Source of the DNA: Octopus bimaculoides
Taxonomy: Eukaryota
Direction: 5' to 3'
Length of the DNA stretch: 64,000 nucleotides
Assembly (NCBI RefSeq): GCF_001194135.2
Contig: NC_068981.1
Span: forward strand, 193,763,685 to 193,827,684
The notes under the pieces were generated by a model that searched no databases, had not been told where the DNA came from, and was given only the letters and a program-made list of their open reading frames with translations. Both the position numbers and the translations under genes were made by a program. This document shows, piece by piece, positions 62,723 to 64,000 of the stretch; positions within the stretch are counted from its first letter, which is position 1, and each line of letters starts with the position of its first letter.

Positions 62723-63561
62723 GGATCTTTGTGATTTGACGGCCAACACTTGTTTTCTTAACGAAACACTTTCAAACTTGGGACACTGGTAGAATGTTTC
62801 ATACAAAACAACTTTTTCTCTTAGCCTTCTTAACAAAAAATTGTACATCGCAAGTTATTTCATGTTAAAGTTGTCGTATTTCCGTAATTTCAACCAATCA
62901 CTGACATCTATTCAGCTGAATACAGTCAGTGCTCTTTTTATAAACAATAATTTTTACCGGTGTTAAGAGTGTTATTCCCTGTGACATATTTCATCCGGTT
63001 TAATCGTAATTTATACGCATATATTGTTTATATAATAAATTACGCTGTGCGTATCTGTGTGTGAATATTTTTGCCATAACCTCACTCATAACCCTAACCC
63101 TAACCTTAACCCCAACCCTAACCCTAACTCTAAAACCCCAACCCTAACCCTAAACTAGAGTTTTATTTGAAGAAGATTTGGCTGCTATTTCTAGGAAATG
63201 AAGCACTTGGTGGAGGTGCATTAATAATTGTGGCAGCTCCAATAACAAGTGCAGGTAATATTCAAGTATTTTGATGGCTTTTTCCACTTTGTTTACGAAC
63301 AGTCTAGTTAATCGGAAAGGTCAGAACTAACGGGGATTAATACCATATACACCGTCACAGTAGTAACTGTATTCAACTGAATAGACGTCAGTGATTAGTT
63401 GAAATTATCGAAATAAGACAATTTTTAACGTGAAATAACTTCGAATACAAATTTTTTTATCTCTTCTATACCGCAAAATATACAAGTATACGAAGTTTGA
63501 AAGTGTTTCGGTACCAAAAACACTACATAAAAAAATGTTGGCTGTCAAATCACAAAGGTCC
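62723..63561. mobile_element. Foldback element with long imperfect TIRs and an internal telomere-like array
   Basis: GGATCTTTGTGATTTGACGGCCAACA is inverted against TGTTGGCTGTCAAATCACAAAGGTCC. Homology extends about 200 bp inward. Confidence 0.8.
63089..63153. repeat. Degenerate (TAACCC)n telomere-like tract
   Basis: About 10 imperfect units, directly visible. Confidence 0.9.
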
Positions 63562-63699
63562 AATTACCAGATGGGTTACATCATCTGTTGAGAAATATTC
63601 GAAATTTGAAACATATATAAAAACTTCAATTGCAGAATCTGTAGAGCTTACCGAGAAAGACTAACTTCATGTATACATGTATGTATGTGTGTGTGTGCG

Positions 63700-63830
63700 T
63701 GTTTAGTTTCCCTCTGTTTAGTTCCTCGTGTTCCTTTCTGTTGGAGAGCGTAGGCTCGAAACGTAAAAGACTTTCTCAACTTCCTGAGCACCTGTCTTCG
63801 TCTTTTATTTTTCTGTAAATTTCAACTATA
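63700..63830 (+). mobile_element. Short repeat with an HHR-like core variant
   Basis: 63734-63769 reads CTTT-CTGTTGG-A-GAGC-GTAG-GCTC-GAAAC-GTA-AAAG. Confidence 0.6.
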
Positions 63831-63884
63831 TATATATATGCACCAGCATGACCGCAGCCACTTGGCTGAAACACATAAATAAAT

Positions 63885-63990
63885 AAATATATATTGATAG
63901 AAAGGACAACAAAAGAAAGAAAGAGACCTCGATATTATGTAAATAGAGGAATTTATCTGTAAAAACATGTGACACTTATTCGGTAGCCAT
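63885..63990 (-). mobile_element. 3' portion of the 17.2-17.4 kb HHR family
   Basis: Reverse complement of about 17290-17397 (ATGGCTACC...GTGTCACAT...CAGATAA...CGAGGTCTCTTTCTTTC...CTATCAATA). Confidence 0.85.
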
Positions 63991-64000
63991 ACGTATATAT

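Overview
AT-rich, repeat-saturated eukaryotic draft scaffold with many N gaps. The repeat landscape ((TA)n, (GAT)n-tailed RTE ends, tRNA-headed SINEs) suggests a coleoid cephalopod such as Octopus; this is inference. Most of the ORF track is microsatellite or gap noise, or decayed transposon sequence. One convincing host coding exon is present: 59741-59647 (-), a signal peptide followed by DIYLHNP and a perfect GTAAGT donor, which matches the N-terminus of DD3-3-like secreted proteins. Much of the window to its left may therefore be intron. Recognisable elements are RTE LINE remnants, a Tx1/L1 3' end, two Penelope-like (PLE) remnants, several Tc1/mariner relics, a Chapaev3-like transposon, four SINE families, MITEs and a tRNA-Lys(CTT) pseudogene. 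The main unannotated signal is at least five unrelated short repeat families carrying type I hammerhead-ribozyme (HHR) folds of the PLE type. These include a tandem pair with intact cores 493 nt apart (27.9/28.4 kb) and a tRNA-headed HHR SINE inserted as a head-to-head dimer with a 16-bp target duplication (26.6-27.0 kb). All folds were assigned by eye and none was tested. TE boundaries not defined by TIRs or TSDs are approximate.
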